Shown: positions 1 through 7,661 of the stretch, piece after piece
Position numbering within the stretch: position 1 is the first letter of the stretch
How the letters are laid out: each line of letters begins with the position of its first letter
IMG/VR virus record: IMGVR_UViG_3300046804_003518
Location: 1 to 64,000 of that record
Direction: 5' to 3' (one strand)
Source: a virus
DNA length: 64,000 nucleotides
The notes under the pieces: generated by a model
What the model was told of the DNA's origin: nothing
The model's database searches: none
What the model saw: the letters and a program-made list of their open reading frames with translations, nothing else
Translations under genes and position numbers: made by a program

Positions 1-2
1 AT

Positions 3-155
3 TATCGGCGGCCGCGTCGTCCTCATTACTTCAAGGGTGGCTCTTATATGAGCGATGAGGTCTTGGAGAAGCACATGACTACCGAAGAGGTTGAGGCCTA
101 TAACGCCGGCTTCGACCACAACGAACATCAACACAACTTTAAGGACTATTTCTAA
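3..155 (+). CDS. partial hypothetical phage protein (5' truncated by window)
   Basis: Open frame YRRPRRPHYFKGGSYMSDEV...NEHQHNFKDYF*; its TAA overlaps the ATG at 155 (TAATG). Confidence 0.7.
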   Translation, partial: YRRPRRPHYFKGGSYMSDEVLEKHMTTEEVEAYNAGFDHNEHQHNFKDYF

Positions 156-343
156 TGTATAAGATGGAAACCGAAACCAATCACCTTATCGCTAAGGAGT
201 TGGTTGAGCTTCTGATGAAGCATGACAAGATGTACGCTCTTGGTTATCTCGAGGGGATGATTAAGACCGAGATGAACTCAAACCCTCGCTTCCGCGAGGA
301 AGTAATTCGACATTTGTATACACAAAAGCGCAGGGCTGCATAA
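155..343 (+). CDS. hypothetical protein
   Basis: 62 aa ORF with TAATG coupling on both sides. Confidence 0.7.
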   Translation: MYKMETETNHLIAKELVELLMKHDKMYALGYLEGMIKTEMNSNPRFREEVIRHLYTQKRRAA

Positions 344-552
344 TGGGCTTCTTTAGTGAAATTGATATTGATATCAACGAAATGGTTTCGATGGGCTTCA
401 CTCGTGACGAAATCCTTGCCAAGTATCCATTCTTAACTGAACGCGAGCTTGATGTGCATTTTGGTCAGGAGTTTGATCATAGTGTAATGGATGGCGATGT
501 TATTAGTTACGATGATCTCATTAACGAACCAGAGTGGGCGGATGAACAATAA
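343..552 (+). CDS. acidic hypothetical protein
   Basis: 69 aa ORF, TAATG-coupled to the upstream gene. Confidence 0.7.
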   Translation: MGFFSEIDIDINEMVSMGFTRDEILAKYPFLTERELDVHFGQEFDHSVMDGDVISYDDLINEPEWADEQ

Positions 553-988
553 GGCTAAGCGAACTCTCGACACCCGTCGTTTGTATAAATTCGAGAAGGA
601 ATGGTTCCGTGGCGAACCTAACCTTCCGATGAAGGTACTACAGGAACTTGCATATGATATTTGGAAGGAAGCTGGCTACACTGGCCATTACTATGGTGAC
701 AAAGTTAAGCCTCTCCCCGCTGTTGTGGCTGGGAATGGAGTTAAGTATAATGGTCGCTATTATTCTTATTGCGACGGCAAGCGCATAGAGCTTGCTCGAA
801 GTGAGCGTAAGAAGTTTGTACTGATTCACGAGATGGTTCATGCTCTTGGTTATGATGACCATGATGAAGCATTTGTTGACAAATACTTCGAATTGTTGGA
901 TCATTATAAGGTGTGTGACATGAGCACTCTTTGCACAATTGGTGCTAACTATGGCATCTGGTATAACCCTGTTGGGGATATTTACTAA
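542..988 (+). CDS. SprT-like HExxH zinc metalloprotein
   Basis: LIHEMVHAL motif followed by DHDEAF; probable start MNNKAK at 542 rather than 491. Confidence 0.6.
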   Translation: MNNKAKRTLDTRRLYKFEKEWFRGEPNLPMKVLQELAYDIWKEAGYTGHYYGDKVKPLPAVVAGNGVKYNGRYYSYCDGKRIELARSERKKFVLIHEMVHALGYDDHDEAFVDKYFELLDHYKVCDMSTLCTIGANYGIWYNPVGDIY

Positions 989-2316
989 TGGTTGATAGCA
1001 TTTTTAATCAGTTGGCTGCTACTTCTTCTCGTTTGGAGAAGGAAGCAATCCTAACTGCCAACAAGAGCAACGCTGTTCTTAGATGGGCGTGCTTCTTGGC
1101 TCTTGACCCGTTCACCAACTTTTACATTCGGAAGATTCCAAAGTATAAGACAGGTATCGGTCCATACACATCTCTTCAGCATGCTCTTGACAAACTGTTT
1201 GCATTGTCTACAAGACAGGTTACAGGCAATGCTGCCATCGAGTTCTTGACAAACATCCTAGAAGAGCTTGAACCTGAGGATGCTAAGGTTGTTGAACGAG
1301 TAATTGAAAAGGATCTTCGGTGTGGAGTGTCTGAGGCTACAGTCAATAAGATTTGGCCTAGCCTTGTTCCAACCTATCCTTGCATGTTGGCTTCTGGTTA
1401 CGAAGAGAAGCTCATCAACAAGATTACATGGCCTGCTAATGTCCAGCTAAAGTTGGATGGTATGAGGTTCAATGCTATTGTTGATGGCAAGAAGAAAACA
1501 GTTGAGTTCCGTTCACGCAATGGCAAGCTTCTTAACCTTCTTGGTGAGCTTGAGCAGGAGTTCTTGGCTATTGCTGGCAACGATGATGTTGTCTTTGATG
1601 GCGAGCTGAATGTCATGAATACTGATACCTACCAGTTCATGGCTCGGCAGATTGGTAACGGTATTCTATCTAAGGCTCAGAAGGGTACCCTTACTCAAGG
1701 TGATGCTGCCTTGATCCATGCTACTGTTTGGGATTGGATTCCATATGCTGACTTTAAGGCTGGCGTTTCAACTATTCCGTATCGCATCAGACTTAACTCA
1801 CTGTTCTCTACAATGGATAGCAGTAAGTTTAAAGATAAGGATGAATACCGAGTTGGTAAGGTTCATAAGGTTTGGAACGAGAATGTGAATACTCTTGCCG
1901 AAGCCCAAGAGCGGTTTGAACAGCTACTTGGCGAAGGACAGGAAGGTATCATTCTAAAAGATCTCAATGCTCATTGGGAGGACAAGCGAGCGAAACACCA
2001 GATCAAGTTCAAGGGTGAGCTCGAGTGTGACTTGGTTTGCGTCGACTGGGTCGAGGGCACTGGTAAGAATGCCGGTCGCTTAGGTGCTCTGGTTCTCGAG
2101 TCTTCTGACGGTAAGGTTAAGGTTAGCGTTGGCACTGGATTCACTGATCTTGATAGAGACCGTATCAGTAAGAAAGTTATTGGTAAGGTCATTGCTATCA
2201 AGTATAACGGTAGAGTCGTTGATCAAAGAACTGGTGTTTGTAGTTTGTTCCTTCCAGTGTTCATTGAGGTCCGGGAAGATAAGGATAGGGCCGACAGTTC
2301 TAAGAACATTAAATAA
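988..2316 (+). CDS. 30: ATP-dependent DNA ligase (T4 gp30-like)
   Basis: QLKLDGMRF adenylation motif, FDGE, EGIILK, KFKGE and VSVGTGF motifs. Confidence 0.95.
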   Translation: MVDSIFNQLAATSSRLEKEAILTANKSNAVLRWACFLALDPFTNFYIRKIPKYKTGIGPYTSLQHALDKLFALSTRQVTGNAAIEFLTNILEELEPEDAKVVERVIEKDLRCGVSEATVNKIWPSLVPTYPCMLASGYEEKLINKITWPANVQLKLDGMRFNAIVDGKKKTVEFRSRNGKLLNLLGELEQEFLAIAGNDDVVFDGELNVMNTDTYQFMARQIGNGILSKAQKGTLTQGDAALIHATVWDWIPYADFKAGVSTIPYRIRLNSLFSTMDSSKFKDKDEYRVGKVHKVWNENVNTLAEAQERFEQLLGEGQEGIILKDLNAHWEDKRAKHQIKFKGELECDLVCVDWVEGTGKNAGRLGALVLESSDGKVKVSVGTGFTDLDRDRISKKVIGKVIAIKYNGRVVDQRTGVCSLFLPVFIEVREDKDRADSSKNIK

Positions 2317-2319
2317 CTG

Positions 2320-2376
2320 TTGAATTATAGAATGTGTTGTAGTAGAATACTAAATATTTACTGAACACTAAATATT
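2320..2376 (+). promoter_or_regulatory. sigma70-like promoter overlapping tandem late-promoter-like boxes
   Basis: TTGAAT(2320)-17 bp-TAGAAT(2343); ACTAAATATT direct repeat at 2349 and 2367. Confidence 0.55.
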
Positions 2377-2391
2377 GAGGAATCTGTAAAT

Positions 2392-2562
2392 ATGTCCGAC
2401 AATAAAGTTTTGAATCTAGCCCTTACAGTAGAAGAATTGAATCTTGTTCTTGGTGCTCTTGCTGAGCTTCCATATAAGGTTTCAATGAATTTAATTGCTA
2501 AGGTTAGTAACCAAGCCCAGCAACAGTTGCAGGCTTCCACACCAGAGGTTGATAATGGCTAA
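2392..2562 (+). CDS. small hypothetical protein (missed by ORF track)
   Basis: 56 aa MSDNKVLNLALTVEELNLVLGALAELPY...; GAGGA upstream. Confidence 0.75.
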   Translation: MSDNKVLNLALTVEELNLVLGALAELPYKVSMNLIAKVSNQAQQQLQASTPEVDNG

Positions 2563-2770
2563 TAGAAGTGACTTTCAATCAGACTTCCCTCGTCAGTTCA
2601 AGCGCATGCTTGCATTGGAAGAGGCAAGGGGCATGATTAAAGATAACCACGAACGTGGCGAAATGAAGCGTGTATGGCTTGCTGCCCATAAGCATCATCG
2701 TGACTATGTCAATAAGCGTGGCACAATGGCAGTTGGTCAGAACATTGCATTGGAAGAAGGTTCTGAATGA
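2555..2770 (+). CDS. hypothetical protein
   Basis: Probable start MANRSDFQ at 2555, overlapping the upstream stop. Confidence 0.65.
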   Translation: MANRSDFQSDFPRQFKRMLALEEARGMIKDNHERGEMKRVWLAAHKHHRDYVNKRGTMAVGQNIALEEGSE

Positions 2771-3057
2771 ACACAATAGACCACTTCGGTAAAGAGTTAA
2801 TTCTCAAGCCTATCAATAAGGTACGTGTCCGTGCCGTTGATAAGAAGTGGAATGTTGAGTATAGAACTAAGAAGTGGATCTTCAATATCTGGAATGTTGA
2901 AGGTCAGTACAAAGACTTCGTTGATGCTAAGGCAAAGGCGCTTGCCCTAAAGGCACAGGGTGGTATATTCATCCTTCAGGATATGAAACTCGAGTGGGAT
3001 GTTGGTGAGGATGAGCCTCATGTTGAGGAACACCCACCGATTGATGATCCTATCTAA
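2767..3057 (+). CDS. hypothetical protein
   Basis: 96 aa ORF with ATGA overlap. Confidence 0.65.
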   Translation: MNTIDHFGKELILKPINKVRVRAVDKKWNVEYRTKKWIFNIWNVEGQYKDFVDAKAKALALKAQGGIFILQDMKLEWDVGEDEPHVEEHPPIDDPI

Positions 3058-3072
3058 TAGGTAATCTATATT

Positions 3073-3309
3073 ATGGATTCACGACAACAAACTATTCAAT
3101 ATCTAATGCTCGAGGCAAGCGAACTTACTAAAGTTTGCGCTGAGGGGTTGATGGCTGTCCATAGAAATAAAGCTGATGCAAAGATTGAACTGCAAGTAGC
3201 GTCAGTTCTCAATGCTATTAAAGAATCAATTCAACAGCTTGATTTTAATGAAGAGCGCATGATGGCTTCTGCTGAGAAAGAACAACTAAGACGCGAGAGG
3301 GAATTATAA
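3073..3309 (+). CDS. hypothetical helical protein
   Basis: 78 aa ORF, TAATG-coupled to the next gene. Confidence 0.6.
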   Translation: MDSRQQTIQYLMLEASELTKVCAEGLMAVHRNKADAKIELQVASVLNAIKESIQQLDFNEERMMASAEKEQLRREREL

Positions 3310-3767
3310 TGGAACAGGATATTGATACGAAGGCCTATTTTACATTTGATTATGAATCCGAAGGTAAGAATGTTACCCTAAGATTCAATAAGCAGGATGC
3401 ACGAGTGCCAGAGGTCCTTGAGGAGTTTTTAAACTTTCTAAAGGCTTGTGGATACTGTTTTGATATTGACGACTATCTTGATGTCAACAACGACTTCAAG
3501 TATCCAGCATCGGATAGTGAACCAGATAGTGAAGATGTTGTTTCTCACGAAGAGGCTGAGGCAAAAGCATACCAACAGGCTGCTAGCTGGACTATGACAG
3601 ATCCTAATGCTGGTCTTAATCTAACAATGGCTGATATGGATTATCCAGAACCAGAAACCACAAACTTCAGTTTCAATGATTATGGTAACAGCTGGGTCCC
3701 AGCTAACTGGGACAACTTAAACTCTTCAGCTAACTCGACAACCACTTTTAAAGTACAGGATTACTAA
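3309..3767 (+). CDS. acidic hypothetical protein
   Basis: 152 aa ORF with a T4-like phage-type N-terminus (EVLEEFLNFLKACGYCF). Confidence 0.65.
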   Translation: MEQDIDTKAYFTFDYESEGKNVTLRFNKQDARVPEVLEEFLNFLKACGYCFDIDDYLDVNNDFKYPASDSEPDSEDVVSHEEAEAKAYQQAASWTMTDPNAGLNLTMADMDYPEPETTNFSFNDYGNSWVPANWDNLNSSANSTTTFKVQDY

Positions 3768-3768
3768 C

Positions 3769-3858
3769 ATGCCAGCTAAAACAGGTATTAAAGGATACGG
3801 TAAAGGCAGAGCAAAGCTAGGTTCTAAGAAGCGTAAGGCTCGCCGCAAAAAGACCTAA
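3769..3858 (+). CDS. 29 aa highly basic peptide
   Basis: MPAKTGIKGYGKGRAKLGSKKRKARRKKT*; exactly fills the gap, starting 1 nt after the upstream stop, with TAATG overlap to the next gene. Confidence 0.6.
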   Translation: MPAKTGIKGYGKGRAKLGSKKRKARRKKT

Positions 3859-4121
3859 TGACAAAAGTAAATTCAGTTACACCCAAGTATGATATTACTT
3901 GGTATGTAAAATGGACTGCTAGCGTCATTACACTTGTTGCCATTACAGTGAGAGCCAGTGGAGTGATGGAGCTTCATTGGCTTGATCTTTTCTGTAGTTG
4001 GCTTGGTGCTGTTGGCTGGTTCTATGTTGGCTTCAAGTGGAACGATAGAGCAATCATGGTTTTGAATGGCGTGATTGGTGTTATATTGTTTGCAGGAATG
4101 ATAAGGATGTATTTCACGTGA
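3858..4121 (+). CDS. small membrane protein (about 3 TM helices; DUF6552-like)
   Basis: Hydrophobic segments; WNDRAIMVLN motif. Confidence 0.6.
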   Translation: MTKVNSVTPKYDITWYVKWTASVITLVAITVRASGVMELHWLDLFCSWLGAVGWFYVGFKWNDRAIMVLNGVIGVILFAGMIRMYFT

Positions 4122-4606
4122 AGATTAGAATTGGAAAGTACCCAAAGAAAGGCGAACAAAAGATATCAATTCATATTGATCCATGGGATACTTGGTCTAT
4201 GGATCGTACACTTGCGCTTATCGTTCATCCGATGCTCAAGCAGTTGCATAAGACGAATCATGGTGCGCCTTGTACTGATGACGAAGATGTGCCTGAGAAT
4301 CTTCGTTCTACGAATGCGAAGCCGAAGAAGAATGAGTGGGATACAGACTCCAATCACTTCAAGCGTTGGGATTGGATTATGAAGGAAATGGTCTGGGCAT
4401 TTGGTGAACTTGCAAAAGATCGCGACCCATCCTTTCTTATCAAGAAGGGTAAATACAAGATGGTGAAGAAGGAAGGACAAGATTGGAGCGAAATGGTAAC
4501 TCTTGTCGAACCAGTTTATGATATGGAGAAGATGAAAGCATATCATGAGCGCAAGAAGAATGCCTTTCGTTTATTCGGCAAGTATTATGAAAATCTTTGG
4601 GATTAA
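4118..4606 (+). CDS. conserved T4-like phage hypothetical protein
   Basis: GTG start; IHIDPWDTWSMDRTLA...RWDWIMKEMVWAF...GFRLFGKYY-like C-terminus. Confidence 0.7.
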   Translation: MKIRIGKYPKKGEQKISIHIDPWDTWSMDRTLALIVHPMLKQLHKTNHGAPCTDDEDVPENLRSTNAKPKKNEWDTDSNHFKRWDWIMKEMVWAFGELAKDRDPSFLIKKGKYKMVKKEGQDWSEMVTLVEPVYDMEKMKAYHERKKNAFRLFGKYYENLWD

Positions 4607-4608
4607 TT

Positions 4609-4899
4609 ATGAAACGTCAATGGCGATATGTTGATAAAAACATTCACTACTATTTTCAAACTAATGATGGTCAAGTAATTGGAAAAGCATACAACGTTGC
4701 TTTAACTATTATTTGGGGTGCAAAGATTCCTATTAATGCTACTGAAGAACTAATTATTGGGGAATTTGTTGAACTAGAATATGCTAAATTAGCAATCGAA
4801 AGATATTGGAACGAGAAGGATAGGACCTTTGATATGTTCGATGATGTATATAAGTTGCCCGCAGGGATTGTAGATGAGCCAGCCGGTAAGAGTTTTTAG
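4609..4899 (+). CDS. hypothetical protein
   Basis: Probable start MKRQWR at 4609. Confidence 0.6.
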   Translation: MKRQWRYVDKNIHYYFQTNDGQVIGKAYNVALTIIWGAKIPINATEELIIGEFVELEYAKLAIERYWNEKDRTFDMFDDVYKLPAGIVDEPAGKSF

Positions 4900-5431
4900 A
4901 GAATTTATAACTCCACAAGATCACAAAGAGTTATTAAATTCAGCTATGATGCTCTACAGCAATGGTATCATGCGATCAAACGTAAGAGGCTCATTCAGAC
5001 GGTTCTTGTCCCTTGATAGGGATTGTGATCAGAAATTCTTCTTTCCAAAAGTGCAGCATTTGTATAGTAGAATTTCAAATGTTCTACAAATAACTGACCC
5101 TGTGATAGACCCATCTCTTGGTATTCTACTAAGCGTAATAGAACCAAATGGCTTTATACAGAAGCACAATGACCCTTACAAACAGGATAAGGACAAAGTC
5201 AACCTAAGATTCAACATAATGGTCAACCGTGGCCCCTCAGAGGCCTATAACCCTCGTGTTGATAAAAAGTTGTACCGAGTGGAAGAAAGAGATGCATGGT
5301 TATTTAATGCAACAGATTTTTACCATAGCACATTGGCCAATCCTGGTCCAGAACTAAGAATTGTGTACCAGTTTGGGTTTATGGTTGATAGAGCATTCCT
5401 ACCTTCTCTTGACATTGCTGCAAAGGTATAG
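4874..5431 (+). CDS. 2OG-Fe(II) oxygenase-like protein
   Basis: HxD (KHND), distal His (YHST) and C-terminal Arg (LRIVY) in a DSBH-like pattern. Confidence 0.65.
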   Translation: MSQPVRVFREFITPQDHKELLNSAMMLYSNGIMRSNVRGSFRRFLSLDRDCDQKFFFPKVQHLYSRISNVLQITDPVIDPSLGILLSVIEPNGFIQKHNDPYKQDKDKVNLRFNIMVNRGPSEAYNPRVDKKLYRVEERDAWLFNATDFYHSTLANPGPELRIVYQFGFMVDRAFLPSLDIAAKV

Positions 5432-5437
5432 TATAAT
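5409..5437 (+). promoter_or_regulatory. consensus sigma70 promoter
   Basis: TTGACA(5409)-17 bp-TATAAT(5432), 6 nt upstream of the ATG at 5444. Confidence 0.85.
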
Positions 5438-5443
5438 ACTCCT

Positions 5444-6070
5444 ATGAACATTTTTATTGTTGACCGTAACCCTGTTGTTGCAGCCGAGATGCTATGTGAC
5501 CAGCATGTTGTTAAGATGGTCACCGAAAGTGTTCAGATGCTATCGACCTGTCATAGAGTGCTAGATGGCAAGATGGAGATGGGGTCTTCAGTCTCTGGTA
5601 AGAGACTAGTTCCTCGTTACAGGTTGAACGATGATCGCGACAAAGTTCTGTACCACGCTGTCCACTTTAACCATCCTTGTAACATTTGGATTAGGGAAAA
5701 TGTTATCCACTATGATTGGCTAATATTCCATACTGCTGCCCTAAGTGCTGAGTATACGAAGCGCTATAAGAAGACGCATGCGTGTCATAGTATGATTAAA
5801 TATCTACTAGAAATAAGTGTACCCAAAAACATTCCAATACCATACAACCAAACAAGATTACTTGGTAACCATGAATTTGTTCAGGCAATGCCAGATGAAT
5901 ACAAAGACAAAGACCCTGTGAAGGCTTATAGAAACTTTTACATTGGTAGCAAGTCAAAGTTTGCTCGCTGGCGATTTACAACCCCTCCTAAGTGGTACAC
6001 AGATGCAACTACAAAGTCCATACGAAGCGTATCAACTTTACGTAGCAATCAAGAATCACTTTCATACTAG
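5444..6070 (+). CDS. pyrimidine-dimer DNA glycosylase/endonuclease V-like protein
   Basis: MNIF...CDQHVVKMVTESVQMLST...HFNHPCNIW...DPVKAYRNFY signature. Confidence 0.75.
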   Translation: MNIFIVDRNPVVAAEMLCDQHVVKMVTESVQMLSTCHRVLDGKMEMGSSVSGKRLVPRYRLNDDRDKVLYHAVHFNHPCNIWIRENVIHYDWLIFHTAALSAEYTKRYKKTHACHSMIKYLLEISVPKNIPIPYNQTRLLGNHEFVQAMPDEYKDKDPVKAYRNFYIGSKSKFARWRFTTPPKWYTDATTKSIRSVSTLRSNQESLSY

Positions 6071-6593
6071 TTACGATTTCTTTAAATACAATGGCAAAGT
6101 CAAAGTTCAGTTCACTGCTTTTGAAGTTCGCAAGGACAAGTATTTCTTTTCAAAGCTTCAGAAACATAGTGATCCTATTGGTCTTCTTGTATCTAATCTG
6201 GTTGATGATCCAAGTGCATGGATTGGAGATATAGTAAACGCTGAGATGAGTGAGGATGTCTATCTCAAGTGGAAGAAGAGACAAGACTCTATCACATATA
6301 CGTACCAGGAAGACTTAAAAAAGTTATCAAATAATGTTGATGAGTCGTTGAGGGTTGATAGTGGTCAGCATCCAAAGCTATTAAAATACTTGCTTGGATC
6401 TACTATTTATCCGGAAACGATGATCTTGCTGAATTACCATTTGAACTTCTTTCCCTATTGGGAAAAGGAAATCATAGACCCAGCCATCTGGCCAAATGAG
6501 TACAATAAACTTGTGAAGTACAAACCATTTGTTAAGTTTGACAAACAAAAAATAAAGAAAATAACTGTTGACTATTTCGAGTTGGAGAGGTAA
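6003..6593 (+). CDS. 59: helicase loader (T4 gp59-like)
   Basis: PYEAYQLYVAIKNHF...YDFFKYNGK; located just upstream of gp32; probable start 6003. Confidence 0.85.
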   Translation: MQLQSPYEAYQLYVAIKNHFHTSYDFFKYNGKVKVQFTAFEVRKDKYFFSKLQKHSDPIGLLVSNLVDDPSAWIGDIVNAEMSEDVYLKWKKRQDSITYTYQEDLKKLSNNVDESLRVDSGQHPKLLKYLLGSTIYPETMILLNYHLNFFPYWEKEIIDPAIWPNEYNKLVKYKPFVKFDKQKIKKITVDYFELER

Positions 6594-6601
6594 GATAAAT
6601 A
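6568..6601 (+). promoter_or_regulatory. sigma70-like plus late-type promoter upstream of gp32
   Basis: TTGACT(6568)-17 bp-TAAGAT(6591), overlapping GATAAATA(6594). Confidence 0.6.
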
Positions 6602-6665
6602 GTGTATATAATGATTGTTTGTGAATACGTTTTATACACTAATACATTTAATACGGAGAATATAC

Positions 6666-7589
6666 ATGGCAAGTTCATTTAATCAATTGAAGCAAGGTCG
6701 TAAGAGTGACTTCGATAAGCTCGCAAAGGCTGTCGAGAAGCTCAATGAGAAGCAAGGTGGTGGCGGAGCGGATACTCGCTTCTGGCAACCAGGTGTCGAC
6801 CAAGCTGGTAACGGTTTCGCCGTTATTCGTTTCCTCCCAGCACCCGCTGGTGAAGACAATCCTTTCGTAAGAGTCTTTTCGCATGGCTTTAAGGGTCCAG
6901 GTGGCTGGTTCATTGAGAACTGCCCAACGACTCTCAATGAGAAGTGCCCTGCTTGTGAAGAGAACACTAAGCTCTGGAACAGTGGTGTTGATTCCAACAA
7001 GAAGATTGTTTCTGAGAGAAAGCGAAAGCTAAACTTTATTTCTAACATCTACGTTGTTCGTGATCCTGCAAACCCTTCTAACGAAGGTAAGGTATTCTTG
7101 TTTAAGTATGGCAAGAAGATCTACGACAAGATCAATAATGCAATGTATCCTGAGTTTGAAGATGAGAAGGCAGTCAATCCTTTCGATATGTGGGAAGGCG
7201 CTGACTTCAAGTTGAAGATTCGTAAGGTTGAAGGGTATCGTAACTACGATAAGTCTGAGTTCGATAGTCCTGCTGCTCTCCTTGATGATGATGGTAAGCT
7301 CGAGAAGATTTGGCAGAGTGAGCATTCACTTGCCAGCTTCACTGATAAGAAGGAATTCAAGGGCTATGAGGAATTGAGTGCTCGTTTGGCTAAGTCTCTC
7401 GGCCACGCTGCTCCAATGACTCGTGCTATTGAAGAGGAAGCTGAGGAAGAAGATACTCCTGTCTACCGTCCTAAGGCAGCACCAGCTAAGCAAGAGAAGG
7501 AAGCATGGAATTCTGATGATGAAGCGTTCACACCTTCTGATTCAGAAGATGATCTTCCAAATTTCTTTAAGAAGTTAGCTGAAGAATAA
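6666..7589 (+). CDS. 32: single-stranded DNA binding protein (T4 gp32)
   Basis: DTRFWQP, AVIRFLP, zinc ligands H...C...CPAC, FKYGKKI, acidic tail; start MASSF at 6666 after GGAG. Confidence 0.95.
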   Translation: MASSFNQLKQGRKSDFDKLAKAVEKLNEKQGGGGADTRFWQPGVDQAGNGFAVIRFLPAPAGEDNPFVRVFSHGFKGPGGWFIENCPTTLNEKCPACEENTKLWNSGVDSNKKIVSERKRKLNFISNIYVVRDPANPSNEGKVFLFKYGKKIYDKINNAMYPEFEDEKAVNPFDMWEGADFKLKIRKVEGYRNYDKSEFDSPAALLDDDGKLEKIWQSEHSLASFTDKKEFKGYEELSARLAKSLGHAAPMTRAIEEEAEEEDTPVYRPKAAPAKQEKEAWNSDDEAFTPSDSEDDLPNFFKKLAEE

Positions 7590-7631
7590 TATCATTAGTG
7601 AGCGTGTAGACGCATCGATTGATGATATGGA

Positions 7632-7661
7632 GGGGCCAGGAAACTGGCCCCCTTTCTTTTT
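7632..7661 (+). terminator. rho-independent terminator between convergent genes
   Basis: GGGGCCAG-GAAA-CTGGCCCC stem-loop followed by a T-rich tail. Confidence 0.9.

Noticed and set aside
491-6665. Upstream-extended starts in the ORF track (491, 2495, 4597, 5943, 6615; also 13144, 38015, 52559, 60404)
   Set aside because: The extensions overlap upstream genes or lack homology-like content; downstream ATGs with coupling or SD signals are more plausible.
7590-7627. Weak stem TATCAT...ATGATA with inner GCGT/ACGC after gp32
   Set aside because: Short and imperfect; not distinguishable from chance, and no ncRNA hallmarks.
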